DNA of 36,596 nt, from the IMG/VR virus record IMGVR_UViG_3300033074_000580, positions 287,270-323,865 of that record. The stretch is one strand, 5' to 3'. Source of the stretch: a virus (Duplodnaviria; Heunggongvirae; Uroviricota; Caudoviricetes). Numbering within the stretch: the stretch's first letter is position 1; every line of letters starts with the position of its first letter. A program made the position numbers and the translations under genes. Positions 27,325 through 36,141 of the stretch are shown here, piece by piece. The notes beneath the pieces are model-generated. The model saw nothing but the letters and a program-made list of their open reading frames with translations. It was not told the DNA's origin and searched no databases.

Positions 27325-27360
27325 ATTAGTCTTTTATTATAAATATGAAGTAACCCCGTT

Positions 27361-27840
27361 TTATCTTAATCGTATGAATTTACCAGGTAGTGGACAATTG
27401 ATTAGTGAATCTACATTATTTTGTCCGTAGGCAATTAAAACTGAAGGAGCACCCGCAGCGTCTCCTTGTGTACCGTCCACATGATGAAATTTTAATCTAC
27501 CTTTTATAAAATATAATCCATCGGCTTTGTCCCATATATAATCAAAAAACATTTTAGTTTCAGTTCTTGCAAATACCAAAGATATAGCATTACCATATTC
27601 TGAACATTTTTTTAACCATAGATTTGTTTGATTTCCATATGGGGGATTACACCACACTCTACCAAACCAATCTTTTGTATATCCATCATCTTCGATTGTA
27701 AAATGATGTTTTGCGGTATCCCACGGACGGTTTATTGGACTGCAGGGGTCTAAGTCAAACTCCCCCAGACTTCTTATGACTTCTGGAGGAGTTAACCATT
27801 CATCTTTTCCGTTAGAAACTCTATCGAAAGAGGTGTTCAT
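27361..27840 (-). CDS. Phage DNA N6-adenine methyltransferase
   Basis: DEWLTP, FDLDPC, WCNPPY, ARTET, GRLKF. Confidence 0.9.
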   Translation of the reverse strand: MNTSFDRVSNGKDEWLTPPEVIRSLGEFDLDPCSPINRPWDTAKHHFTIEDDGYTKDWFGRVWCNPPYGNQTNLWLKKCSEYGNAISLVFARTETKMFFDYIWDKADGLYFIKGRLKFHHVDGTQGDAAGAPSVLIAYGQNNVDSLINCPLPGKFIRLR

Positions 27841-28514
27841 TATTTTTTCTTTTTAACGATTTCATCAATGATACCGTAATCTAACGCCTCTTGTGCACCT
27901 AACCATAAATCACGAGTCGCATCCTTCTTAACGGTCTCACGGTCTTTTCCACAATATGAACCTAATAAGTCGAATAGTGTGTCGTTAATTTTTTCCCATT
28001 CTATCATGGTAATACGGGCGTCTTGAATATTACCTCCTGCACCACCTGATGATTGGTGTAACATAGTACGAGAAAATGTCAATGATGACCTTTTACCTTT
28101 AGTACCTGCACCTAACAAAACAGAACCCATAGATGCCGCCATACCAGTGTTAATTGTTCTAATATCTGAATTGATATAATCCATAACATCAACCATAGAT
28201 AAACCCGATTTCACCGAACCACCAGGGCTATCAATATGCATTGTAATGTCATTATTATCCAAACTATCTAAGAACATTAACTGAGCCTGTACAACGGTGG
28301 ACATACTGTCATTTACTTCACCCGCAACCCATATAATACGTTCCATCATTAAACGTGAAAATACGTCCATAACTGTTACATTCATACTTCTTTCTTCTAA
28401 GATGTATGGTGTTAAACTATCTTCGATTCTTCTATTATAGTTGTGTAGGTTTAAGGAACCAATCCCAAGGTCTTTAGCGTAAAGACCAAAATCTCTGTAA
28501 TCTTTTGGTGTCAT
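27840..28514 (-). CDS. clpP: ATP-dependent Clp protease proteolytic subunit
   Basis: DVFSRLMMERII, IDSPGGSV, catalytic GMAASMG (Ser), MLHQ (His) and RDLWL (Asp). Bacteroidota-like N-terminal extension. Confidence 0.95.
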   Translation of the reverse strand: MTPKDYRDFGLYAKDLGIGSLNLHNYNRRIEDSLTPYILEERSMNVTVMDVFSRLMMERIIWVAGEVNDSMSTVVQAQLMFLDSLDNNDITMHIDSPGGSVKSGLSMVDVMDYINSDIRTINTGMAASMGSVLLGAGTKGKRSSLTFSRTMLHQSSGGAGGNIQDARITMIEWEKINDTLFDLLGSYCGKDRETVKKDATRDLWLGAQEALDYGIIDEIVKKKK

Positions 28515-28537
28515 ATGAGTTTATATTTTGTATAGAA

Positions 28538-28545
28538 CAAATATA
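28538..28545 (-). promoter_or_regulatory. Bacteroidota-type -7 promoter element TATATTTG
   Basis: Exact match to the TAnnTTTG consensus, 23 nt upstream of clpP. Confidence 0.55.
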
Positions 28546-28584
28546 AGTAAAAATGTTCGAAATAAAAAAACGTCATTTAGGAAA

Positions 28585-28591
28585 TATTTAT
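28585..28591 (+). promoter_or_regulatory. TATTTAT putative late-promoter motif
   Basis: Lies 4 nt upstream of the exonuclease ATG. The motif switches strand together with the gene. Confidence 0.55.
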
Positions 28592-28595
28592 TAAC

Positions 28596-29450
28596 ATGAT
28601 TAAATTATTAGATATATTACGTGAATCGGAGGTTTCCAAATTATCAGGGCAACCCTTACTTAAGTGGTTTTTAGACCGTATAAACAACACCTTCGTATTT
28701 TTTGACACCGAAACAACAGGTTTATTAACGAGAGACCCTGAAACAGGTAAAGAATATCGTGCCGAAACTGAACAAATTACTCAAATTGGTGCCATAGCAA
28801 CCGAACTTAATGGTCAAACATTGAGATTTATGGCATATGATAAATTTAATCAAAAAATTAGATTGAATGATATCACTAAAAGTATTATGCAAAACGAACC
28901 TGATGAACCGTTAAGTGATAGTCCTGAAGATATGAAACAATTTAATCGTGATAAAAAAAGAGTATTAAAGTTTAATCATTATGATTTAGCTAATAGTGAT
29001 TCCTTTGAAGAGGAAAGAAAAGTATTAGAAAATTTTGACAATTTCTTAAAGAAACAAGGTGGGAATATTACTTTGATTGCACATAACGCACCGTTTGATT
29101 TGACTATGATTCAATTTCATGAAATTTTTAAAGAGAGCACATATGAGGTAATTGATAGCATTGAGTTCTTTAAAAAATTCTTCTTCCCTACATTGGAAAG
29201 AATGTCAAATGAAAATGAAAAATACAAGTCAGATTATGATAAATTTGAATTTGGTAAAGACTATAAGACTGGTTTACCTACTGATAAAAAATCAAACTCA
29301 TTAAGTAATATTGCATCGGGTCTTGATAATGATACGAATCAATTAAAGAAAAAACTCCAAGGTGCTCACGATGCAATTGTTGATTGTGAAATCACCATGG
29401 AGGTTTTAGGTATTGGTTTAAATAAAATTTACAACCAACTAAATCATTAA
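28596..29450 (+). CDS. DEDDh 3'-5' exonuclease (DnaQ-like)
   Basis: ExoI FFDTETTG, ExoII IAHNAPFD and ExoIII GAHDAIVD. Confidence 0.9.
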   Translation: MIKLLDILRESEVSKLSGQPLLKWFLDRINNTFVFFDTETTGLLTRDPETGKEYRAETEQITQIGAIATELNGQTLRFMAYDKFNQKIRLNDITKSIMQNEPDEPLSDSPEDMKQFNRDKKRVLKFNHYDLANSDSFEEERKVLENFDNFLKKQGGNITLIAHNAPFDLTMIQFHEIFKESTYEVIDSIEFFKKFFFPTLERMSNENEKYKSDYDKFEFGKDYKTGLPTDKKSNSLSNIASGLDNDTNQLKKKLQGAHDAIVDCEITMEVLGIGLNKIYNQLNH

Positions 29451-31789
29451 GAAATTTTAGTTGTAATAAAATCTATGGAGGACACATTGTCCTCCTTTTT
29501 TATCATTATAATATTGTCAGACCAGTTACGAATCAAAGAATTGTGAGATATCACAAAAATGTGTTCAAAATAATCCTTAATTTTCTTAAAGAATTCTCCC
29601 ACCATCTCAAGATTTTCATCGGCTATTTTACCAAACACTTCATCCATTACAACTATATTAGGTTTTGGTAATGAAGATATCTTAGTTAATACACTACGAA
29701 GTGCTAACGATGAAATTGTTCTTTCATAACCTGAACCCGCATTAAGTGGTTTAACCACACGAGTTTCAGTATCAATCATAATGAACTCAACTTCGTTTTT
29801 ATCGTTCACATTTAATTCTAAAATGAAATGACAACTATCCACTAATAAACGATATAACTCTTGGTTAATCAATGGAATCATATTTTTCATGATAATTTTT
29901 GATATACCATTCTTACCGTATATTGTAAGATAAATTTTAAACACAGCAAGTAATTCTTCTTCCGATTTAATCTTTGTAATTAAATCTTGATTAACCGTAA
30001 TCTTATCCTTCATGTTCGTAATGTTATTACGATGTTTTTCTATAGATGTATTGGTTACTCTAATATTTGCCGTTGCAGTTTCAATTTGAGTTCTCAATTT
30101 AATAACTAAGGCATCGATTCTTTGATTCTCTTCCAACTTCTTTTTGTTATTTTCATAGTTGTCAAGTTTCATTTGTTTAGAATCGATTTCAAGTTGTTTC
30201 TGTTCAACTTCTAATTCATATCTTTCTTTACGAAGTTTATTTCTTTCGTAAGTTTCAAACTCAGTTTTTAATGTTTCGAAGGCATCAGATTGCTCTTTTA
30301 AAGAATCAAAAGCGATTTTATTTGATTCGATTCCATTTTCAATTTCCTCGATTTCTTTTTTAATCTTTTCAATTTCATCCGTATGGTCAACCTCGTCTAA
30401 TGGTCTATTACATGTTGGACACACAGTACCTTCTTCAAACTTCTTAATGAGTTTTTCTCTATCACTTTTTTCATACTTGTATGCAACATCAATACCTTGA
30501 AGTTCGGCCATTTGTCCTTTTAACTCTTTATGTTGTTCTTCAAGATAATATTGTGATGGTTCTACAACATTAACACTATTTGCGTTACTTTGACTGTTAT
30601 TTCTTTGTCCAATTAAATCGTTAATTTCTCTTTGTAATAATGTTGGGTTGGTGTTAATTAAATCCCTATCAACATCATTATTTTTAGATTCTAAAGATGT
30701 GTCTCTTTCACTTTCAAGTCTTTTCAATTCATCTTCGAAGTCGCCTAAATCTTTGGTAAGGTCAATAATTTTTTGTTCTGAATCTTGAATACTTTCAGTA
30801 TAACCCGATATGTCATTTTGTAATTGGACAATATTATAGGTGTTAGAAACTAACTTCTTACTCCAATCATTGTAAATCTCCTTTGCAATTTCTTCTTTAG
30901 CCTTTAGACTTTCTAAACCCATAAACTTAGTTAAGATTTGTCCTCGAGCCGTTGGTTTGGATTCGATAAGTTCCTCTAAATTGTAACCTGTTGTTAAGAT
31001 GGTGGATAAGAAATCTTCCTCTGAACCAATTGCCGAAGCAATAAACGCCTCAGTTTCTCTTCTTTGTTCACCAGATAAATTCTCTACGGTACCATCATCT
31101 TTTCTTTTATAGAATTCAAGTTTATTAGTAACGGTATATTCACCTGATTTAGATTTCTTTCTAGATGTTTTTCTTTCAATTACATAATCATCTCCATCGA
31201 TGGTAATTTCTCCTTTAACCATTACTTCATCTTTATCTGTAAATCTATTAAAGATTTCTGCGTTGGTTTTTGTTTTTGTTGTTGTATTAAAAAACAAGAA
31301 CATCAATAAGTCTACGGAAGAAGTTGATTTACCTCCAAAGTTTTTTGGTGTGGATTCAATTACCGTAATGCCGTCCAGACTTGTAAAATCAATAGAATTA
31401 TTGTCCCCAAAAGAAAGAAAATTGGAAAACTCAACTCTTTTAATGAACCACTTGTTGTATCTAACTTTGTTTTCATTTAATTTATCTATTTGAGTGTTTA
31501 CTTTATTATCTAATCTATCAACTAATTCCCATTTAACTTGGATGTTATTGTCTTTAATAAAATCCTTCATCAATTTCTTTTGATATTGATGGTCTAAAAT
31601 GTTGTCGGTAACTTCCAATGATTCTAACCTTGTGTTATTAACATTGGTTAAACTCTTTGTGATTACTTGTACAGTCTTTGATTTATATTTTTCTTGGAAA
31701 TATGATTTTACTCTTCTGATTTTTTCAGGAGTAAAATTTTCAGGAACATCTTCCCAAGTTACTTTAATGAATGGGTTATTATAACTCAT
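29447..31789 (-). CDS. sbcC: SbcC/Rad50/gp46-like recombination ATPase with ~110-aa N-terminal extension
   Basis: FSNFLSFG, Walker A NFGGKST, zinc hook CPTC within a coiled coil, signature GSGYE, Walker B VVMDEVFG and H-loop VISH. Confidence 0.92.
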   Translation of the reverse strand: MSYNNPFIKVTWEDVPENFTPEKIRRVKSYFQEKYKSKTVQVITKSLTNVNNTRLESLEVTDNILDHQYQKKLMKDFIKDNNIQVKWELVDRLDNKVNTQIDKLNENKVRYNKWFIKRVEFSNFLSFGDNNSIDFTSLDGITVIESTPKNFGGKSTSSVDLLMFLFFNTTTKTKTNAEIFNRFTDKDEVMVKGEITIDGDDYVIERKTSRKKSKSGEYTVTNKLEFYKRKDDGTVENLSGEQRRETEAFIASAIGSEEDFLSTILTTGYNLEELIESKPTARGQILTKFMGLESLKAKEEIAKEIYNDWSKKLVSNTYNIVQLQNDISGYTESIQDSEQKIIDLTKDLGDFEDELKRLESERDTSLESKNNDVDRDLINTNPTLLQREINDLIGQRNNSQSNANSVNVVEPSQYYLEEQHKELKGQMAELQGIDVAYKYEKSDREKLIKKFEEGTVCPTCNRPLDEVDHTDEIEKIKKEIEEIENGIESNKIAFDSLKEQSDAFETLKTEFETYERNKLRKERYELEVEQKQLEIDSKQMKLDNYENNKKKLEENQRIDALVIKLRTQIETATANIRVTNTSIEKHRNNITNMKDKITVNQDLITKIKSEEELLAVFKIYLTIYGKNGISKIIMKNMIPLINQELYRLLVDSCHFILELNVNDKNEVEFIMIDTETRVVKPLNAGSGYERTISSLALRSVLTKISSLPKPNIVVMDEVFGKIADENLEMVGEFFKKIKDYFEHIFVISHNSLIRNWSDNIIMIKKEDNVSSIDFITTKIS

Positions 31790-32372
31790 TTTTTAATAGT
31801 TTATATAGTTCTTTATAGGTTAATTCACCTAATAAATAATTTTTTAAATGGTGTTCAATTTTATCTTTTTTAATATGAAATTGACCTTCCCCCTCATTAC
31901 CTCTGTGTTGTTTATCGTTGTAACCTAATACTTTATCTTCCAACATTTGGTCTCTTGAAACTTTAAAAATCAACACCTTATCCCAAAAATACAAAGAATA
32001 ATATAAATCCTCAAATAATTCTGGTTTTATTTGTTGAATGTTGCAATCAAAATTCGATTCATCTCTTTTATCGAATGGTGCTAATTCATGAATACCGTAT
32101 TTAATTGCCGTCTCATAAATTATTGATTCATCGATGAAATCCATTGTGGGTAGTTTCTCGTAGGCTCTTGCCCCTTTTATCTCATCTTTAGATTTGTCTA
32201 TTTTTCTATCATAAGAAGAATCATCTGACGATTCGACAATTAACCCATAATATCTTAAAAATAACTCAACAAATTTTTCATTAAAAATACCAAAGTGAGC
32301 ACTTTTAAAGTTTAGGATTGCATCTCTTAATAGCAAACCATCTTCAATATATTCTTGTGTATGTCCAGTCAT
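31779..32372 (-). CDS. Putative PD-(D/E)xK restriction-endonuclease-like protein
   Basis: FGIFNE...SYD...DEIKG pattern, plus NIQQIK and QHRGNEGEGQFHI. Confidence 0.5.
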   Translation of the reverse strand: MTGHTQEYIEDGLLLRDAILNFKSAHFGIFNEKFVELFLRYYGLIVESSDDSSYDRKIDKSKDEIKGARAYEKLPTMDFIDESIIYETAIKYGIHELAPFDKRDESNFDCNIQQIKPELFEDLYYSLYFWDKVLIFKVSRDQMLEDKVLGYNDKQHRGNEGEGQFHIKKDKIEHHLKNYLLGELTYKELYKLLKNEL

Positions 32373-32681
32373 TTACTTAATTCTACTTTCCTCGAAGAAC
32401 TCGATTATGGCGTTTAATGCCCATACCGAACCCGCAGTAAACATACCGTCAAAGAAAAGACATGTGTACCATGAACAAGGTAAAATTTGGTTGGTTAATC
32501 CACCAAACACAAATGACATGAAGAATCCAACCCATGTTGATGTGCATAACATACATCCAATTAAATCTCCAAAAAATTTAGAATTGCGTTTAATCCACGC
32601 TCTTTGTTTATCGAATATGGAACCATAAACTAAAATTGTTGTCATTCCATAAGCCATTAAAATCCAAAATGCTAATATCAT
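32373..32681 (-). CDS. Membrane protein, DUF1360-like
   Basis: Hydrophobic helices with LIGCMLCTSTWVGF. Confidence 0.65.
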   Translation of the reverse strand: MILAFWILMAYGMTTILVYGSIFDKQRAWIKRNSKFFGDLIGCMLCTSTWVGFFMSFVFGGLTNQILPCSWYTCLFFDGMFTAGSVWALNAIIEFFEESRIK

Positions 32682-32746
32682 ATAATTTTATTTTTTTCTA
32701 TAATATACTCAATACATTTAATAAAAAGAAATATATTGCCGGAAAC

Positions 32747-33502
32747 TTATTCATCGTATAAATCACTCAAATCACTTTTTTTCAAAAATTTGGCTCGATT
32801 CATTCCATCTAACGCTTTGGTTATCCTTTCCATTTCCAATCTAAGGTCATTATTTTCTTTGGTTAATTTTTCAATTTCTTTCGTGTTCTTTACCTCTCTA
32901 ACCACTTCTTTTTCAACGATTCTTTCTACGGGTACCTCTTTAACTACCTCAACAATTTTTTCCACAGGTACTTCTTTTATAACTTCTTTTACTACCTGAA
33001 TGGGTACTTCCTTTACAACTTCCTTAATTACTTGTACGGGGACCTCTTTGATTATCTCTTTTATTACAGTTTTTGTTTCTCCTTCCACCTCTTTGATAAT
33101 TTCAACAGGAACCTCAACTTTAATTTCTTTTATAACCTCAACTGGTATTTCAACTTTTACTTCTTTAATTACTTCCTTTATAACTTCGACAGGTACTTCT
33201 TTTATTACTTCTTTTATTACCTCAACTTCGTATGGTACTTTGATTTCTTTTTCAACAATCTTTTCTTTTACTACAATTTTTTCAACGGGTACTTCTTTGG
33301 TAATTTCTTTCTCAACAATGACTTCAACAGGGATTTCTTTGATTATTTCCTTTATCGAACCTGCGGGAACTTCACCGTATTTTAACAAAGAAAACCCTCG
33401 ATTAAAGGTTTCCGTTGCTAATTTTTCTATGTCTTTTATTTCGTTTAACTCGCAATAAAGAATAAATTCATTATCCAAGGTTAAGGTGCTCTTCTGTTTC
33501 AT
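32747..33502 (-). CDS. VPVE/KEVIKE low-complexity repeat protein with C-terminal coiled coil
   Basis: Many (V/I)PVE(V/K)I(K/V)E repeats spanning roughly 150 aa. Confidence 0.8.
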   Translation of the reverse strand: MKQKSTLTLDNEFILYCELNEIKDIEKLATETFNRGFSLLKYGEVPAGSIKEIIKEIPVEVIVEKEITKEVPVEKIVVKEKIVEKEIKVPYEVEVIKEVIKEVPVEVIKEVIKEVKVEIPVEVIKEIKVEVPVEIIKEVEGETKTVIKEIIKEVPVQVIKEVVKEVPIQVVKEVIKEVPVEKIVEVVKEVPVERIVEKEVVREVKNTKEIEKLTKENNDLRLEMERITKALDGMNRAKFLKKSDLSDLYDE

Positions 33503-34295
33503 TTTCGATATCTTTAATATCTTTTATAGAGAAATGTAGGAATGGTTGTTCATTTGGTAAATCATGAAAAGTATATTCATCTGTCTCTACATTATATATA
33601 CCATAACCGTGATGTTTAACTGTTTCACCAAAATTTTGTTGTATTAAACTACCGACCATAATTGCATGTCCACCATTAGGCAATGTAAATTGTTGTCTTT
33701 TATGAATGTCACCACATAACAATAAATCTAAATCGACGAAATTTAATCGGTCATATGCATCTTCAAATTCATACCCCAAATCGGTTGATAATCCTTGTAT
33801 TGGTCCGTGAAATAATCCAACAGTTAATAAACCTTCCTGTTTAGTAAATTCGGGTCTAACATTATGTTGGTATAATGAATATACAATCCATTGGATATTA
33901 CCGTCTGTATCAACATAATCACCACTATCTTTTAAATAGGTGATATTCTTATTATTTAATAATTCAACTACCGGTGTGATACTATCCAATCGTTGTGTAT
34001 TATTCTCTAAGAAATCATGATTACCCGGTATAATGATAACTTTACCATAACCAGACAATTGATTTAGAAACCAAGCGGTTAATAATAACTGTTCGTTAGA
34101 TATATTGATTTTTTGGTGTGCAATATCACCTGCAATTACAATACGTATCTCTTCCCATTCAACACCTTCTGATGTCCATTGTATTGCGTGTTCACGAATC
34201 TCCCCAATTAGTCTCTCAAATTGTGTTTTATACAATTCGTGCATTTGTATTGTTCTGATATGTAAATCAGCAATATGTACAATTCTTTTTACCAT
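33471..34295 (-). CDS. sbcD: SbcD/Mre11/gp47-like metallophosphoesterase nuclease
   Basis: ADLH, AGDI, PGNHD, FHG, GDIHKRQ and GSLIQQNFGE. Confidence 0.92.
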   Translation of the reverse strand: MVKRIVHIADLHIRTIQMHELYKTQFERLIGEIREHAIQWTSEGVEWEEIRIVIAGDIAHQKINISNEQLLLTAWFLNQLSGYGKVIIIPGNHDFLENNTQRLDSITPVVELLNNKNITYLKDSGDYVDTDGNIQWIVYSLYQHNVRPEFTKQEGLLTVGLFHGPIQGLSTDLGYEFEDAYDRLNFVDLDLLLCGDIHKRQQFTLPNGGHAIMVGSLIQQNFGETVKHHGYGIYNVETDEYTFHDLPNEQPFLHFSIKDIKDIENETEEHLNLG

Positions 34296-35149
34296 CTTTT
34301 AATATATTTTGATAAGTCCATTGTTAAAATCGTGTTATTGATTTGTGGTGGAACTTTATATTCTGTAAAGGTTCCGTCATCTTTTAATAAAACAACAACG
34401 TTACCTAATAATTTAGTATCTTCAAATTTAGTACCCTTTAACATCTTCAACAATAATCTTCCATATAATGGTAATTGTAAAAAATAATGACCCAACGCAT
34501 TATCGTGATATTGATTAAATGGTGGATATAATTTACCAGTATAGTGATGAACTTCGAAGTTTTTTGGTTGGTTTGTTTTCCAATCAGTAGTTACAAATCC
34601 AAATCCATTCTTTTCTTTGTTCATCATTAACCAAACCTTATCAGGTTGACCTGTATATTGTTCTTCAGGGTCTCCTAATACAATTTCAGTATCTAATAAA
34701 ACTGCACCTCTTTCTAACATTAAATCAAGAAAGTTTTTACCCGCAGCAATCATATTATCACTCTTACGTTGTTGTTCTTCGTTTATTGTGAATATTGGTT
34801 GTCTAACTTCTTTATAGTTATTAAAACGACCAATTAAATCGGTTTCTAATTCAAAGTGAACTCGGCTACCCATGTTAGTTGATAAGTCACCGGCTTGTTT
34901 CCATTGTTCTTGTAATTGTTTAGCACCTTCAGGGTCACCATTCGACATCTTTAATGCCATACCCTCAGCATCAAATGGTTTATGGAACTTCTTTATAATT
35001 TTAGAAACTGATGGAAAATTCTTTTTAATTTTACCATCCAAATCTTTCATATAATAGATGTGTTCTTCCTCGATGAAAGTCAACTCTAACTCCTGTCTTC
35101 TTTTTTCTAATAAGTCTTTTATCTCTAATGAGATGTCGTTTAAATTCAT
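34289..35149 (-). CDS. PD-(D/E)xK exonuclease (RecB/Cas4-like)
   Basis: PSVS, GSRVH..LE, TE, GQPD, DWKT and LQLPLY. Confidence 0.85.
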   Translation of the reverse strand: MNLNDISLEIKDLLEKRRQELELTFIEEEHIYYMKDLDGKIKKNFPSVSKIIKKFHKPFDAEGMALKMSNGDPEGAKQLQEQWKQAGDLSTNMGSRVHFELETDLIGRFNNYKEVRQPIFTINEEQQRKSDNMIAAGKNFLDLMLERGAVLLDTEIVLGDPEEQYTGQPDKVWLMMNKEKNGFGFVTTDWKTNQPKNFEVHHYTGKLYPPFNQYHDNALGHYFLQLPLYGRLLLKMLKGTKFEDTKLLGNVVVLLKDDGTFTEYKVPPQINNTILTMDLSKYIKRW

Positions 35150-36094
35150 TTAATCTAATTGTTTTATTATTAAATCATCCAATTTACCTTGTAAATCGGC
35201 GATATCTTTATTCCCTTCTAATTTAACAATCCAAACCTTACCCATTAACTTACCACAATTTAATTTATGATATAATCTTTCCGCATCATTCCACGCATCT
35301 GGGTCAAGTACTATTGTTATTTTTTTTGCGTTGTCGTATAGTTTATTGAATAGATGGTCACTCATAAATTTACCTAACATTGGAATTGCATTAGGTAAAA
35401 ATATACTATCGAACGCACCTTCCACAATGTATATCGGTTCATCCCAATTTATCAAATATTCGTTGAATATTATGATTTCTTTTTGTGCTTCCGGATTCTT
35501 ATATTTTAATTTTGTTTTTTGTAAATAAGAACGTGCAACAAAATAGTTCACCTCATGATATTCATTATATGATGGAATAATTATTCTATTTTCATATTCA
35601 CCGCTATAACAAAAACCAATATTATACATTTGCAACATCATATCGGTAACATTTCTACTTTTGATATAATTGTATGCTTGTTTATATTGTGGGGTCATTT
35701 TAAGACCGATACTAGCGTCTTTAAATGGTATAAACTCTTTAGGGAGTTTTACTTTTTTATAAACTCTATTTGCTCTGTCTTCCGTTTCGTCTGGTCTTAG
35801 TAATTCATATTTTTTTAATTGTCTCGGATTACCAAAACGTTTAATCAATTTATGAATTGAACCGTGTGTTTCATGTGATTCCGCACATACCCAACATTTA
35901 AACACACCGTATTTGTAATTGATTTCTAAATTACCTTTACCGTCACCATGGTCAAGACCTTTGATTTCTTGTGAACATACCGGACAATCAAAAGATATTT
36001 GTCCTTTGTAATCATTGTGCAACTTATAATCTCCCAAAATATCTTCGAGAATTTCAATAACCGCACTGTAATCTATTTCGCGTTCTTCAACCAT
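35150..36094 (-). CDS. DNA primase
   Basis: Zn-binding CPVC...CWVC, RIIIP, KYKNP, and TOPRIM IVEGAFD...LDPD. Confidence 0.9.
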   Translation of the reverse strand: MVEEREIDYSAVIEILEDILGDYKLHNDYKGQISFDCPVCSQEIKGLDHGDGKGNLEINYKYGVFKCWVCAESHETHGSIHKLIKRFGNPRQLKKYELLRPDETEDRANRVYKKVKLPKEFIPFKDASIGLKMTPQYKQAYNYIKSRNVTDMMLQMYNIGFCYSGEYENRIIIPSYNEYHEVNYFVARSYLQKTKLKYKNPEAQKEIIIFNEYLINWDEPIYIVEGAFDSIFLPNAIPMLGKFMSDHLFNKLYDNAKKITIVLDPDAWNDAERLYHKLNCGKLMGKVWIVKLEGNKDIADLQGKLDDLIIKQLD

Positions 36095-36141
36095 GATTAC
36101 AGAAATATAATAAAAAATGAGGATAAAAAAAAATGTGTTGC

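Noticed and set aside
27840-28514. ClpP as the prohead maturation protease
   Set aside because: It looks like a host-type ClpP with an early-type promoter, and no portal or capsid gene is adjacent. It cannot be excluded but is unsupported.
32736-33458. Plus-strand ORFs rich in Thr/Ser/Phe (32736-32999, 33000-33458, 33032-33385)
   Set aside because: These are antisense shadows of the VPVE repeat gene.
34289-35149. Cas4 / CRISPR adaptation gene
   Set aside because: It lacks the four-Cys Fe-S cluster pattern and there is no array or cas neighbour. It is better read as a generic phage PD-(D/E)xK exonuclease.
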